DNA of 64,000 nt from Fimbriimonadaceae bacterium (GTDB lineage Bacteria; Armatimonadota; UBA10988): contig JADZEX010000091.1 in assembly GCA_020850355.1 (NCBI GenBank), positions 35,755 through 99,754 of the forward strand, given 5' to 3'. Made by a program: the position numbers and the translations under genes. Below the pieces are notes generated by a model that saw only the letters and a list, made by a program, of their open reading frames with translations, was not told the DNA's origin and searched no databases. Shown in pieces: positions 36,553 through 45,992 of the stretch (positions within the stretch are counted from its first letter, which is position 1; each line of letters begins with the position of its first letter).

Positions 36553-39363
36553 ATGGTGCTGGTCCGCAGCGGACGAACCCAGCTCTGCCGGGGCCTGTCC
36601 TGCGCCGCCGCCAGACTCGGTAGCGGCCTGGCCGTGGCACTGGTGTCGGGCTGCCTCCTTGAGCCAGCGGAGCCGCCCGCGCGGGCGGTGGAGTCTGTCC
36701 AGCCGCGAGGATCGCTGCGGGTGACGGTGAGTTGGGAGTTGCCTCCCGAGGTCAGCCCGCAGCTACAGCCAGTGCGAGTTGAGGTGCGGCTGACTGGCGA
36801 ACTGGCCAACCTGGAGGCCGAGCCGCTGGTGGAGCTGCCGGCAGGCCGTGGCCGCAGCGTGCGCGAACTGGGCGACCTGCCCGTTGGCTGCTACCATCTG
36901 GGTCTGACCGCCCACGGGCCGGCGGGCGCACTGGTCGCAGTGCACCGCGAGGTGTGGCTCAGCGCGGCGCGGCCCGTCGAGTTGGCCGCCACCCTCAGCT
37001 TCGGCGATCAGCGGCGGCCAACGGTGGCGCTGCTGCTGCCGGCGACGGTCCGTGTGGGGGAGTTGCTGGCCCTGACCGGCGCGGCCTGGCGGGACGGCCG
37101 GCCGTTGCCAGAGCTGCGCTGGCAGTGCAGCTCGGCCCAGCCGCCCTGGCCCTGCCCCACCGCCGTCGTGCCGGGGCACTGCTTCGAAGCTGCCGGCACG
37201 CCAGAAGTCCGGCTGTCGGCCGGCGGTCGCGCGGCCCGCACGAGTTGTGGCCTGCCGCTGGAGGTCGTTCCCGAGCACGTGCGGCTGGCCGGCTTCTCTG
37301 ACGCTGCCGGGCGCTGGCGGCCAACCGGGAATGTGTTTGGGGCCACCCGCCTCGCCGCGACCGCCGCCGGCGCGGTGCCGCCCGTACAGGTCGACTGCTA
37401 CCTCGACGGGCTTTGGCTGGGGCGGGCGACCACCCCCCAGGAGGGCCGCTACGACTGGCCCTACCAGGCGCCACCCAGCGGCGCTGGTGCGCACCACTTG
37501 CGGCTGCAGGCGACCTGCGCTGACGGCTCGGTGCTGTCCCACGAGGGCGGCTTCAGCGTCAGACCGACGGCGACCGCGCCGCCGGCCGCGCTGCAGGTGA
37601 GTCCCGCCAGGGTGTTGTTGCGGCCAGGGCAGCGCTGCCAGTTGCGCGCCAACCAGGCCGTGAACTGGCGCCTGATCGGCCCGGCGCCGGGCGGTGCGGT
37701 CACGCCACTGGGCGTCCTGGTGGCCCCAGCCATGCCTGGCGAGTACCGCGTCGAGGCACGGACGGCACCGGAACTGGCCGCCGCCGGTGATGGAGCGGAG
37801 ATGCGGCTGGTGCCAGCCGGGCCGTTCACCATGGGCAGTCCGACCGGGACCAGCGCAACCGACGAGAGTCCGTCGCGGCGGATCCAGCTCGCGGCCTATC
37901 GGATCCACCGCTACGAAGTCAGCAACCGCCAGTACGCGACCTTCCTGAACTCGCGCCGGCCGACGCAGCCAGAGCTGCAGCGCTGGATCGACCTGGGAGA
38001 GGGCGAGCAGACCCGGATCCAGCGGTTGGCGGGGCGGTACACGGTGGTCTCAGGATGGGAGCAGCACCCAGTGGTGCGTGTCTCTTGGTATGGCGCGCAA
38101 GCCTACGCAGAGCATTTCGGCCTACGGCTGCCGACTGAGGCGCAGTGGGAGAAGGCCGCCCGCGGGACCGCCGACCAGCGCACCTACCCTTGGGGTGACG
38201 ACCCGGCCGACGGTGAGTCGACGGCGGCCGACGGCGACTCGGGCGGATTGGACCTCACGACCACGCCAGTCGGCAGCCTGGCCCACGAGGTTAGCCCGTT
38301 GGGCGTGTGCGACATGGCCGGGAACGTCAGTGAGTGGTGTGCTGACTGGTATGCACCTGGGTGGTACCATCGCTTGCCCAGCCACGATCCACTGAACCGC
38401 CAACCGGGGCCCTACCGAGTTCACCGTGGTGGCACCTGGAAGCACCTGCAGCGGCAGCAGCGGATCACGCGCCGGAACGCCCGGACGGCCGGTTGCCAGG
38501 ACAGCACGCTGGGCTTCCGCTGTGTCGGCGATCCGATCGCGCCGCGCACGGCGGTGGTCCGAGTCGTCGTGGCCAGCCGGGCAGCGGTGCTACCGGCTGG
38601 CGCGGGCGACGGGGCGACGATGCTGCTGGTGCCGGCCGGGCCGTTCACGATGGGCAGCCCGCCCGGGGTCGGCGCGGCCGATGAGCGTCCCGCACGGCGC
38701 ATCAACCTGGCCGCCTTCCGGATCCACCGCCACGAAGTGACCACCGGGCAGTATGCGGCGTTCCTCAACCAGCGCCGGCCCACCGAGGGGGAGCTGCGGC
38801 GCTGGATCGACACCGCTGATCCCGACTTTCAGCGGGTCCATCGGTCCGGCGCGGCCTACCACGTGGCGGCCGGGTTCGAGAACCACCCGATGACTTTGGT
38901 CACCTGGTACGGCGCGCAGGCCTATGCCGAGCACTACGGCTTGCAGCTTCCGACCGAGGCCCAGTGGGAGAAGGCGGCGCGTGGCAGCAACGATGCCAGA
39001 CTGTACCCGTGGGGCAACCAGTGGGACCCCCAGCGTGCGAACAGCGCTGGCGTCGTCGGTGCCGACCAGTGGCCTGCCGCCGCCCCGGTGACCGCGTTCG
39101 CGGCCGGGGCGAGTCCTTACGGGGTACTCAACCTGGCGGGCAATGTCTGGGAGTGGTGCCGCGACCGGTACTGGAGTGGCTGGTACCGCCAGATGCCGAG
39201 CAACTCGCCAGTCAACGAATCGATCGGTCACTGCTTCGTGGCGCGCGGCGGTTCGTGGTTGTACGCGGCCGGACACCAGCGGGTCGCCGCCCGAATCCGC
39301 CGGATGCCGGACTGTCGGGACTACACCCTTGGGTTCCGATGCGTGGCGCCACCTGCAAGCTGA
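36553..39363 (+). CDS. lipoprotein with two tandem FGE-sulfatase (SUMF1/EgtB/PvdO-type) domains
   Basis: Track ORF; lipobox LVSGC; two copies of the FGE pattern (LVPAGPFTMGSP...LRLPTEAQWEKAARG...YPWG...GNVSEW / ...GNVWEW...RGGSW). Confidence 0.75.
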   Translation: MVLVRSGRTQLCRGLSCAAARLGSGLAVALVSGCLLEPAEPPARAVESVQPRGSLRVTVSWELPPEVSPQLQPVRVEVRLTGELANLEAEPLVELPAGRGRSVRELGDLPVGCYHLGLTAHGPAGALVAVHREVWLSAARPVELAATLSFGDQRRPTVALLLPATVRVGELLALTGAAWRDGRPLPELRWQCSSAQPPWPCPTAVVPGHCFEAAGTPEVRLSAGGRAARTSCGLPLEVVPEHVRLAGFSDAAGRWRPTGNVFGATRLAATAAGAVPPVQVDCYLDGLWLGRATTPQEGRYDWPYQAPPSGAGAHHLRLQATCADGSVLSHEGGFSVRPTATAPPAALQVSPARVLLRPGQRCQLRANQAVNWRLIGPAPGGAVTPLGVLVAPAMPGEYRVEARTAPELAAAGDGAEMRLVPAGPFTMGSPTGTSATDESPSRRIQLAAYRIHRYEVSNRQYATFLNSRRPTQPELQRWIDLGEGEQTRIQRLAGRYTVVSGWEQHPVVRVSWYGAQAYAEHFGLRLPTEAQWEKAARGTADQRTYPWGDDPADGESTAADGDSGGLDLTTTPVGSLAHEVSPLGVCDMAGNVSEWCADWYAPGWYHRLPSHDPLNRQPGPYRVHRGGTWKHLQRQQRITRRNARTAGCQDSTLGFRCVGDPIAPRTAVVRVVVASRAAVLPAGAGDGATMLLVPAGPFTMGSPPGVGAADERPARRINLAAFRIHRHEVTTGQYAAFLNQRRPTEGELRRWIDTADPDFQRVHRSGAAYHVAAGFENHPMTLVTWYGAQAYAEHYGLQLPTEAQWEKAARGSNDARLYPWGNQWDPQRANSAGVVGADQWPAAAPVTAFAAGASPYGVLNLAGNVWEWCRDRYWSGWYRQMPSNSPVNESIGHCFVARGGSWLYAAGHQRVAARIRRMPDCRDYTLGFRCVAPPAS

Positions 39364-39397
39364 CCTTGAAGCCTGTGACGGGGGGCGCCACCGCCCC

Positions 39398-40099
39398 TCA
39401 CCAGCAGTTGGCGCCCCAGCCCGGGACGGGTAGCTGGTGGTTGAGGGCGGCAAGGGGCGACCAGGAGACGTGGCCGTCCAGGTAGACGGAGTTGGCACCA
39501 ACGTCGTGGTGGGCGGGGGCGTGGCGGGCAGCGGTCTGGTAGACCCAGTCGTTGACCAGCACCACCGCGGCCGGGGGCCGGGAGTCGTCGCGACCGAGCG
39601 GGCCGCTGGCAGGGTCGGTCGCGGCGGTGCCCGGCGGGCAGTGGCCGGCCCAGAAGGCGTAGCCGGTGAAGTAGCGGCCGAGGCTGTCCGGCATCAGCGC
39701 AATCGCCTTGGAGTCCGATCCCGACTGCGAGAACTCAGCATGGCTGGTGACCCAGACGTTGGGGCAGTGCCAGGCCTGGCGGTCGCGGAGGTAGGGGTGC
39801 AAGACGCCGTAATACCAGCGCGGGCTGATGGTGTTGGGTGCCTCGGGTCCGCCGCCGTGGGCGACGTCTTCGGCGTTGCGTGGAAAGCGCTGGTCATAGT
39901 CGGCGGCGTACAGCAGGAGGGCGCGGCCGAGCTGGCCGAGGCGGACGGCGCAGACGGCGCGGCGGGCGTCTTCGTCAGGCGCCCGACCGTTGTGGCGCCA
40001 GAGCAGCCAGGTGCCCAGGAGCACCGGCAGCAGCAGCAGGGCCGTTGGCAGCAGGGAGACCTGGTGGGTGCGGCGAGGCTGCTCATGAGGTGGCTGCAT
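39398..40099 (-). CDS. H-X9-DG (DUF1559-like) protein
   Basis: Track ORF; C-terminal motif HHDVGANSVYLDGHV matches H-X9-DG; N-terminal hydrophobic segment but no canonical prepilin cleavage motif. Confidence 0.55.
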   Translation of the reverse strand: MQPPHEQPRRTHQVSLLPTALLLLPVLLGTWLLWRHNGRAPDEDARRAVCAVRLGQLGRALLLYAADYDQRFPRNAEDVAHGGGPEAPNTISPRWYYGVLHPYLRDRQAWHCPNVWVTSHAEFSQSGSDSKAIALMPDSLGRYFTGYAFWAGHCPPGTAATDPASGPLGRDDSRPPAAVVLVNDWVYQTAARHAPAHHDVGANSVYLDGHVSWSPLAALNHQLPVPGWGANCW

Positions 40100-40169
40100 C
40101 GGGGGCTGCTCCCTGCGCCCAACGGACTGGTCGATGTGCTAGGGTGACGCCTGGGAGGGGTGGCGGCCG

Positions 40170-43100
40170 ATGCGGTGGGAGTTCCAGTTACTCGGGGGCC
40201 TCGCGGCGCGCTGCGGCGAGCGGGAGGTGGCGGAGTTCCGGAGCAGCAAGGGGCGCGGCGTCCTGGCTCGGTTGCTGCTGCAAACCGGCGAGCGCCTGCG
40301 GCGGGCGGTGGTGGCCGCGGAGTTCTGGCCCGAGTCCGAAGCTCGCAGCGCCCTCAACTCGCTGACCACCGAACTCTCGAAACTCCGGCAGGCGCTGCAC
40401 TGCGACGCGGTTGAAGACCGGCGGCTGCTGCCGCCGGGGCAGCGCGAGATCTGGATCGACGCGGGCCTGGTCCGCACCGACCTGCAGGCGTTTGAGCAGA
40501 CGGTGGCCGAGTTCGACGCGTTGGGACGGCGGGGCGAGCCCGCCGAGCTGACCTTGGCACGGTTGCGGTTGTGCGGCGGAGAGCTGCTGCCAGAGCTCGA
40601 GGGTACCTGGCTGACCAGCCGCCGGACCGCTGTGCGGCAGGCCTGGCTGCGGCTGGCGGCCGGCGCGGCCGAAGGTCTGCGGAGCGCCGGACGGATGTCC
40701 GCCGCGGCGGCGTTGGCGCACCAGGCGGTGCAGTACTACCCGCTCGACGAACCGGCGCTGCGCTTCGCGATGCGGTTGCTCGCCGATCTGGGTGAGACGG
40801 CTGCCGCGTTGCGACAGTACGAAGCCCTGCGAGCCCGGCTGCACACGGGCTATGGCCTGGCTCCGGCGGCCGAGACCAGCGACCTGGCAGCCGACCTCGG
40901 CGCCGACCTGGCAGCCGGAGCCGACCAGCGCGCCGAGGAGCTGGCCGCGGCGGCGACTCAGCAGATCGCGCACGGCCGACTCCGAGCGGCCGAGCTGGGG
41001 CTCCGGCGGGCTCTCGTCACGGGTCTCCGAGGCCCGGCGGCAGCACAGGTACAGCGGCAACTGCGTGCCGTGTCGCGGGCGCTCCCGCCGGTGGTCTGGG
41101 AGCGCGCCACCGGGCGAACCGTGGTGGACGGTGTGGTGCGTCGCGACGGCGCGGTGCTGCTGTGCCACCCGGCCGGGAGGTGGTCGTGCTGGCGGACCGG
41201 GCAGGCAACACCAGTGGTCGAGGGCCAGTGTGGCGACGGCCTGGTCCTGGGGTCCTGGCTGGGCCGGTCCGCCGAGCTGGTGTTGGCGGCGGCCACCGGT
41301 GAGTTGCACTGGCAGTCGTTGGCGGCGTCGCGGCCCCGGGCCACGGCGCATGTCCCAGGGCCACCGCTGGCGCTGACCACCTCGCCGGACCGGCGCTGGG
41401 CGGCAGTCGGCCTGGAGCGCCACGGCGTAGTGCTGTGGGACCTGGCGCACGACGAGCTGTACGAACTGCCGGCGATCACACGAGCAGACTGCCTCGCCTT
41501 TGCGCCGAACGGGGCCCGACTGGCGGCCGGAGCCCGCAGCGGTGAGCTGACCGTCTGGGAGCTGGCGACCGGGCAGGCGGTGTGGCAGACCCAGCAGCCG
41601 GGCGCTGTGCGCGGGCTGGCCTGGTCGCCAGACGGGTTGTTGCTGGCCACGGCGGGCGGCGATCATCGGGCGCGGATCTGGCAGTGGGACGGCCGTGGTG
41701 GGGCCATGCAGGAGCTGCCACATGGGGACCGGGCAGTGCACGCCGTGGCCTGGCTGGCGCGCGGCGAGCGACTGGTCAGCGTAGCCGGCGACGGTCGTCT
41801 GCGGAGCTGGCCTGGGGCCACCGCGGCGGGCCAGGCGACGGTGGTCAGCCTGGGCGGCGACCTGACGCGGCTCTGGGGCCATCCAGATGGGCACCACGTG
41901 TTGGCGTTGACCGCGCATGGTGTCGCCCACCTGGTGGACCTGGCCGCGGAGCCGGCGGCGGACCTCGAGGCCGTGGGAGAGGGGCTCGCGGCAGTCGGCT
42001 TTGTCGGCACGCGGGGCGATCTGCTGTTGGTTGAGGCGGCCGGCAGTCTCCGACAACTCGACCTGATGGCCGCCGGACCGGACCGGGCGCTGCTGCATGC
42101 ATCCGGCTGCCACGTGGCGCGCGCCGTATGGTCGCCGGACGAGCAACGCCTGGTGACCGCCGGCACCGACGGCGGCGTGCGAGTCTGGAGCGCCGCCGGT
42201 CGACTGGAGCAGAGTTGGCAACTGGCCGAAGTGGTGCGCGAGGTGGTCTGGGACCAGTCCGGGGGCCTGCTGGCGCTGACCGCTGAGGGAGAGCTGGTGG
42301 CGCTGGCCCGGGACGGCCTGGCCCGCCGTGACCACCTGCCTGGAGCGCCGATGCGGCACCTCGAGCTGCGTCCGGCCGAAGGCCTGTTGCTGGCCGCCAG
42401 TGGCACTGCGGTGCGCTGGTGGAGCTGGCCGACCTTTCGCCTCCAAGGTGGCTTCGAGGTCGCCGGCCACTGCCGCGCGGTCGCCCTGTCGCCAGACGCC
42501 CGGGTGGTCTACGTGGCGGAACTGGGTGGCCGCGTGACCGCCCGGCGCCGGACGGGCGAGCTGCTGTGGGAGCGGGCGCTGGACCGGGCGCCGTGGCGCC
42601 TGGTGGTGACCGCGTCAGGTCTGCTCGTGGCCGGCACCTCGCCGGCGGTGCTGCTGGCAGCGGCCGACGGCGAACCGGTCGGGGCGGGCTGGCCGCATCC
42701 GGGCGAGTGCCACCAGGTCGCCCTTGACCCAGCCCAGAAACGTGTGGCGCTGACGACCAGCGCAGGGCCGGTCTTGGTGGTCGATCCGGCCCGGCCACAG
42801 CAGGCAGCGGTGGTGCTGGAACGCCGCCGATGGGGTCTGTGGAGCGAGTTCACGGCAGCCGGCACGCTGCTGGCCGCCGGCGACGATGGCGAGGTCCGGG
42901 AGTTCTGTACTGCCAGTGGCCGGCTCTTGGTCCCGCCCCGCCCGGTTCCGGCGCTGGTCCCCTTTCTGAGCCAGCGCCAGGCCGACGGCCAGATCACCGC
43001 CACCTGCGGCGATGGTCGCGTCTACTTCTGGCACGCTGCCGCCCACGGCCAGGCGGCGCCCGCGGCGGCGCCTGCGGCGACTCCCGTCGCACGCGCCGTT

Positions 43101-43796
43101 TGGCACGAGCGGCAGGCTGCCAACTGCGCCCAGGCCGGGTTGCCGGCTGGCGCGTGGTGGCATCTGCAGCGCGCGCTGCGAGCGCAGCCCACGGAGGCCT
43201 GGAACTGCTGGCAAGCCGCCCTGGCCGCCTGGGAGGTGGGCCGCCCGGATCGGACCGCAGCCCTGCTGCGCCGCGCCAGTGCCCTCACCAGCGATCCGCG
43301 CCCCGCGGCTGATGCGCTGCTGTTGGCTGCCTGGCGCGACGGTGCTGGGGCGGTCGCTCCCGCGGCCGAGCGGCTGCTCGCAACCGTGACAGCGCTGGGC
43401 CGCAGTCCGCTCGCCTGGCAGGCGCTCCGCCGCTGGCTGGTGATTGCCGAGTGGGCTGACCTGGTACGAGCACTGCCGGCAGACCTGCTGGAGAGCGCAC
43501 CGCACCTCGCTTCGGCGGCCCGGTTGGAGGTGCTGGCGGCCTGGCACCTGCGCTGTCAGCGGAATGTCCTGGCTGCCGCCACCATCGACCGGTGCTGGTC
43601 TGCCGCCCGCCATCAGCGCTCGCTCTGGGCGTCCGCGGTACGGGCCTTGGCGCTACAGCGCCTGGGCCGCTGCGAAGGTGGGCTAGCTGCCGAGCATGCC
43701 CGGGCCCTGGCCGTTGCGACCGCCAGCGATCCCGTCTGGCCGCACCGCATCGAGGCTGCCTGTTGGCAGCGCGAGCTGACGCTGGCCGGCGGCTGA
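40170..43796 (+). CDS. SARP-family (OmpR-type wHTH plus BTAD) regulator fused to WD40 repeats and C-terminal TPR-like region
   Basis: Track ORF, 1208 aa; GGGAGGGG upstream; N-terminal MRWEFQLLGGLAA...ALRFAMRLLADLGETAAALRQYEALRARL (BTAD); WD40 units (LATAGGDHRARIWQW, VTAGTDGGVRVWSA); no P-loop seen. Confidence 0.65.
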   Translation: MRWEFQLLGGLAARCGEREVAEFRSSKGRGVLARLLLQTGERLRRAVVAAEFWPESEARSALNSLTTELSKLRQALHCDAVEDRRLLPPGQREIWIDAGLVRTDLQAFEQTVAEFDALGRRGEPAELTLARLRLCGGELLPELEGTWLTSRRTAVRQAWLRLAAGAAEGLRSAGRMSAAAALAHQAVQYYPLDEPALRFAMRLLADLGETAAALRQYEALRARLHTGYGLAPAAETSDLAADLGADLAAGADQRAEELAAAATQQIAHGRLRAAELGLRRALVTGLRGPAAAQVQRQLRAVSRALPPVVWERATGRTVVDGVVRRDGAVLLCHPAGRWSCWRTGQATPVVEGQCGDGLVLGSWLGRSAELVLAAATGELHWQSLAASRPRATAHVPGPPLALTTSPDRRWAAVGLERHGVVLWDLAHDELYELPAITRADCLAFAPNGARLAAGARSGELTVWELATGQAVWQTQQPGAVRGLAWSPDGLLLATAGGDHRARIWQWDGRGGAMQELPHGDRAVHAVAWLARGERLVSVAGDGRLRSWPGATAAGQATVVSLGGDLTRLWGHPDGHHVLALTAHGVAHLVDLAAEPAADLEAVGEGLAAVGFVGTRGDLLLVEAAGSLRQLDLMAAGPDRALLHASGCHVARAVWSPDEQRLVTAGTDGGVRVWSAAGRLEQSWQLAEVVREVVWDQSGGLLALTAEGELVALARDGLARRDHLPGAPMRHLELRPAEGLLLAASGTAVRWWSWPTFRLQGGFEVAGHCRAVALSPDARVVYVAELGGRVTARRRTGELLWERALDRAPWRLVVTASGLLVAGTSPAVLLAAADGEPVGAGWPHPGECHQVALDPAQKRVALTTSAGPVLVVDPARPQQAAVVLERRRWGLWSEFTAAGTLLAAGDDGEVREFCTASGRLLVPPRPVPALVPFLSQRQADGQITATCGDGRVYFWHAAAHGQAAPAAAPAATPVARAVWHERQAANCAQAGLPAGAWWHLQRALRAQPTEAWNCWQAALAAWEVGRPDRTAALLRRASALTSDPRPAADALLLAAWRDGAGAVAPAAERLLATVTALGRSPLAWQALRRWLVIAEWADLVRALPADLLESAPHLASAARLEVLAAWHLRCQRNVLAAATIDRCWSAARHQRSLWASAVRALALQRLGRCEGGLAAEHARALAVATASDPVWPHRIEAACWQRELTLAGG

Positions 43797-43834
43797 GCCG
43801 GCTGGACCGTCGCCACGTCAGCGCCCGCCGCGCC

Positions 43835-43850
43835 GTTTCACGTGAAACAG
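43835..43850. repeat. single palindromic repeat GTTTCACGTGAAACAG between convergent genes
   Basis: Seen in sequence. Confidence 0.9.
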
Positions 43851-43857
43851 CCGATGC

Positions 43858-45753
43858 TCAGCCCGCCGGGCCGAAGTCCAGGGTCAGCCGCCGGGCGTCC
43901 TTTTGGATCTGCACCGTGGCGGCCCCGAAGTCGGCGCTCAGGAACGGGCTGTCGAAGGCCTTGGACGGGCGAAAGTCGACCGGCTGGCCGTCCACGCTGG
44001 GGGGCTGGCGCCAGGTGGTGTCGAGGGTGAGCGTGGTTTGGTGCAGGCGGCTGGTGTAGCGCAGCAGGCCGTCCGTCAGGTCCCACGGGTTGCCCACCAC
44101 GCTGGCCTGGAAGGCCGCCAGGTCGGCGCACTGCTCGCGGCGGGCGACCTCCAGGATCACCGGGCTGAACTCGTCGCCGCAGGCCAGCCAGTCGCCGAGG
44201 TCGAGGGCGGCGTCCGCTTCGTGGTGCTGCGCTTGAGAGTCCGGTTCCCAGGTGGTCGGCCCGCGCACCACCCGCACCGCGGCGTAGGCGCGCGGGGCGG
44301 TGACAAAGACCCAGCCGTCGCGCTCGACCCGCGGCAACGCGCGATCGAACCAGACGCGCCAGCCCTTGGCATTGCTCTCGCGGAGCCGTTGGGTCAGCAT
44401 CACGCCGCGGTGGACGACCGACCAGCTGGCGTTGTAGACGCTGCCCTTGGCCGGGCGCAGCGGCTGCGGGAAGATCCGGGCGGTGGGGTGGCCGGCGAAG
44501 ATCACCCCGTCCCAGCGGTTCTGGCTCGAGATGTTGGTCCAGCTTGCGGCGGGCTGTGCCGGCAGCAGACTCGCGCCGAGGAGGTAGTCGGGCGTGACGT
44601 AGCTGACGCGCCGGAGGCCGGCCGCGGGGTCCAGGGCGTAGACGCCCTGCGGGCTGTGGAACGGGTGGCCCGGTGGGGCGTAGTTCGGCAACGGCGCGTC
44701 GGCCGCGTGGGTCGCGGCCAGGCCGAGGCGGCGGCTGGTCGAGGTGTAGACGCCGCGGCCGGCCGGGTCGAGGGCCAGGTCTACCACCACCGGGTCGGGT
44801 CGCCAGAAGGTCGTGGCGCCGCACCAGTGGCCAGGGTGCTTGCTCTTGGCGGCGCCGAGGCCGAAGTGGTACCAGGGCAGGCCGTCGATGGAGCTGAGGG
44901 CGGTGGAGTTGCGGCCAGGGTAGCAGCGGTGGCGGCTGCCGCCGCGTTGGCCGTCGAACTGCTCGGTTGCCCAGTCGGCCCAGAAGAGGTTCAGGAGTTG
45001 GGCAAACTGCAGCCGCAGCCGCGGATCGGGCGCGAAGTCGGCCAGGTTGTACCAGCCGCCGAGGGTGTACTTGCCATAGTCGGAGTTGCACTCGACCAGC
45101 AACCCACCCGTGGCGCGGTGGCGGGCGAAGCGCAGGAAGTAGGCATCGAAGGCCGCCGCCATCGCCGCCGGGGTGGTGCCGTCGTCGTAGCGCCGGTCGC
45201 GGTAGGCCGGGCTGGCCGCGAACAGGTGGGCGGCGCCCCAGAAGCTGGACCAGGCCTGGGCGTGGTGGTTCTCGCTGCCCCAGACCCAGAGGTCGCGCTC
45301 CGGCAAGGTCATTTCGAGCCGACACCGCGGCGCTGCCCAGGTCCAGAGCAGCTCCAGGATCAGCGCCTCGGCGGTCGGACTGAGACGACCGGCGTAGTGC
45401 GGGCTGTCGCGGCCGAACAGGAAGACGAGCCGTTCCAAGAGGTAGGCGTGCCAGTGGAAGCCGCTCTCGCCGGTGCCGGCCATCGCGGGCAGCAGCTCAG
45501 CGCGGACCGCCTGCAGCCCGGCCTCGGCCTCGGCGGTGCGCTGGTTGAGCCAGTAGGCCGCCAGCGCAAAGCCCTCGTGCCGCCAGGCCCCGCTGCTGGG
45601 ATAGGGACTGGCCAACAGCGCGGTCAAGAGGGCCTGCCGCCGCTCCTGGGCGCCGGCGATCACGCGCTGCACCGCGGCGTCGTCGACCGCCAGGGCCGGT
45701 CCCGCCAGCAGCACCGCCAGCCAACCTACCCGGCGCAGGCATTCGCCAGCCAT
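43858..45753 (-). CDS. hypothetical secreted protein, possible polysaccharide-degrading enzyme
   Basis: ATG at 45753 with GGAGAG upstream; signal peptide MAGECLRRVGWLAVLLAGPALA; no confident family assignment. Confidence 0.45.
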   Translation of the reverse strand: MAGECLRRVGWLAVLLAGPALAVDDAAVQRVIAGAQERRQALLTALLASPYPSSGAWRHEGFALAAYWLNQRTAEAEAGLQAVRAELLPAMAGTGESGFHWHAYLLERLVFLFGRDSPHYAGRLSPTAEALILELLWTWAAPRCRLEMTLPERDLWVWGSENHHAQAWSSFWGAAHLFAASPAYRDRRYDDGTTPAAMAAAFDAYFLRFARHRATGGLLVECNSDYGKYTLGGWYNLADFAPDPRLRLQFAQLLNLFWADWATEQFDGQRGGSRHRCYPGRNSTALSSIDGLPWYHFGLGAAKSKHPGHWCGATTFWRPDPVVVDLALDPAGRGVYTSTSRRLGLAATHAADAPLPNYAPPGHPFHSPQGVYALDPAAGLRRVSYVTPDYLLGASLLPAQPAASWTNISSQNRWDGVIFAGHPTARIFPQPLRPAKGSVYNASWSVVHRGVMLTQRLRESNAKGWRVWFDRALPRVERDGWVFVTAPRAYAAVRVVRGPTTWEPDSQAQHHEADAALDLGDWLACGDEFSPVILEVARREQCADLAAFQASVVGNPWDLTDGLLRYTSRLHQTTLTLDTTWRQPPSVDGQPVDFRPSKAFDSPFLSADFGAATVQIQKDARRLTLDFGPAG

Positions 45754-45827
45754 CGCCGCTCTCCGCGCACCGCGTTCGCGTCCGCCCGGCCAGTCCCTCC
45801 CGGCGGTGCGCGCCGCGCCCGCGCGCG

Positions 45828-45944
45828 GTGTTTCACGTGAAACAGCGGTCCGCGTGGTCGGCCGGCTCGCGATGCTGCGGGGTGTTTCACGTGAAACAGT
45901 GCGCCCCACGCCGGCCGCGGTGCCGCGTGTTTCACGTGAAACAG
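45828..45944. repeat. array of 3 palindromic repeats GTGTTTCACGTGAAACAG at 45828, 45882, 45927
   Basis: Seen in sequence in divergent intergenic region. Confidence 0.9.
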
Positions 45945-45992
45945 CAGGGATCCCAGCCGCGCGGCCGAAGCAGCGGGCACTGGAGGACCGCC

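Noticed and set aside
28132-36809. ORFs 28132-29508 (+), 30373-31239 (+), 31291-32583 (+), 32683-34089 (+), 33924-35399 (-), 35829-36809 (-)
   Set aside because: Antisense to the GH57, large glycoside hydrolase and heparinase-like genes, which carry family signatures or signal peptides; the alternatives are low-complexity.
36763-39501. Minus-strand ORFs 36763-37908 and 38590-39501
   Set aside because: Antisense to the tandem FGE-domain gene with two clear FGE motif sets.
40188-42470. 760-aa minus-strand ORF
   Set aside because: Antisense to the SARP-WD40 gene; low-complexity translation.
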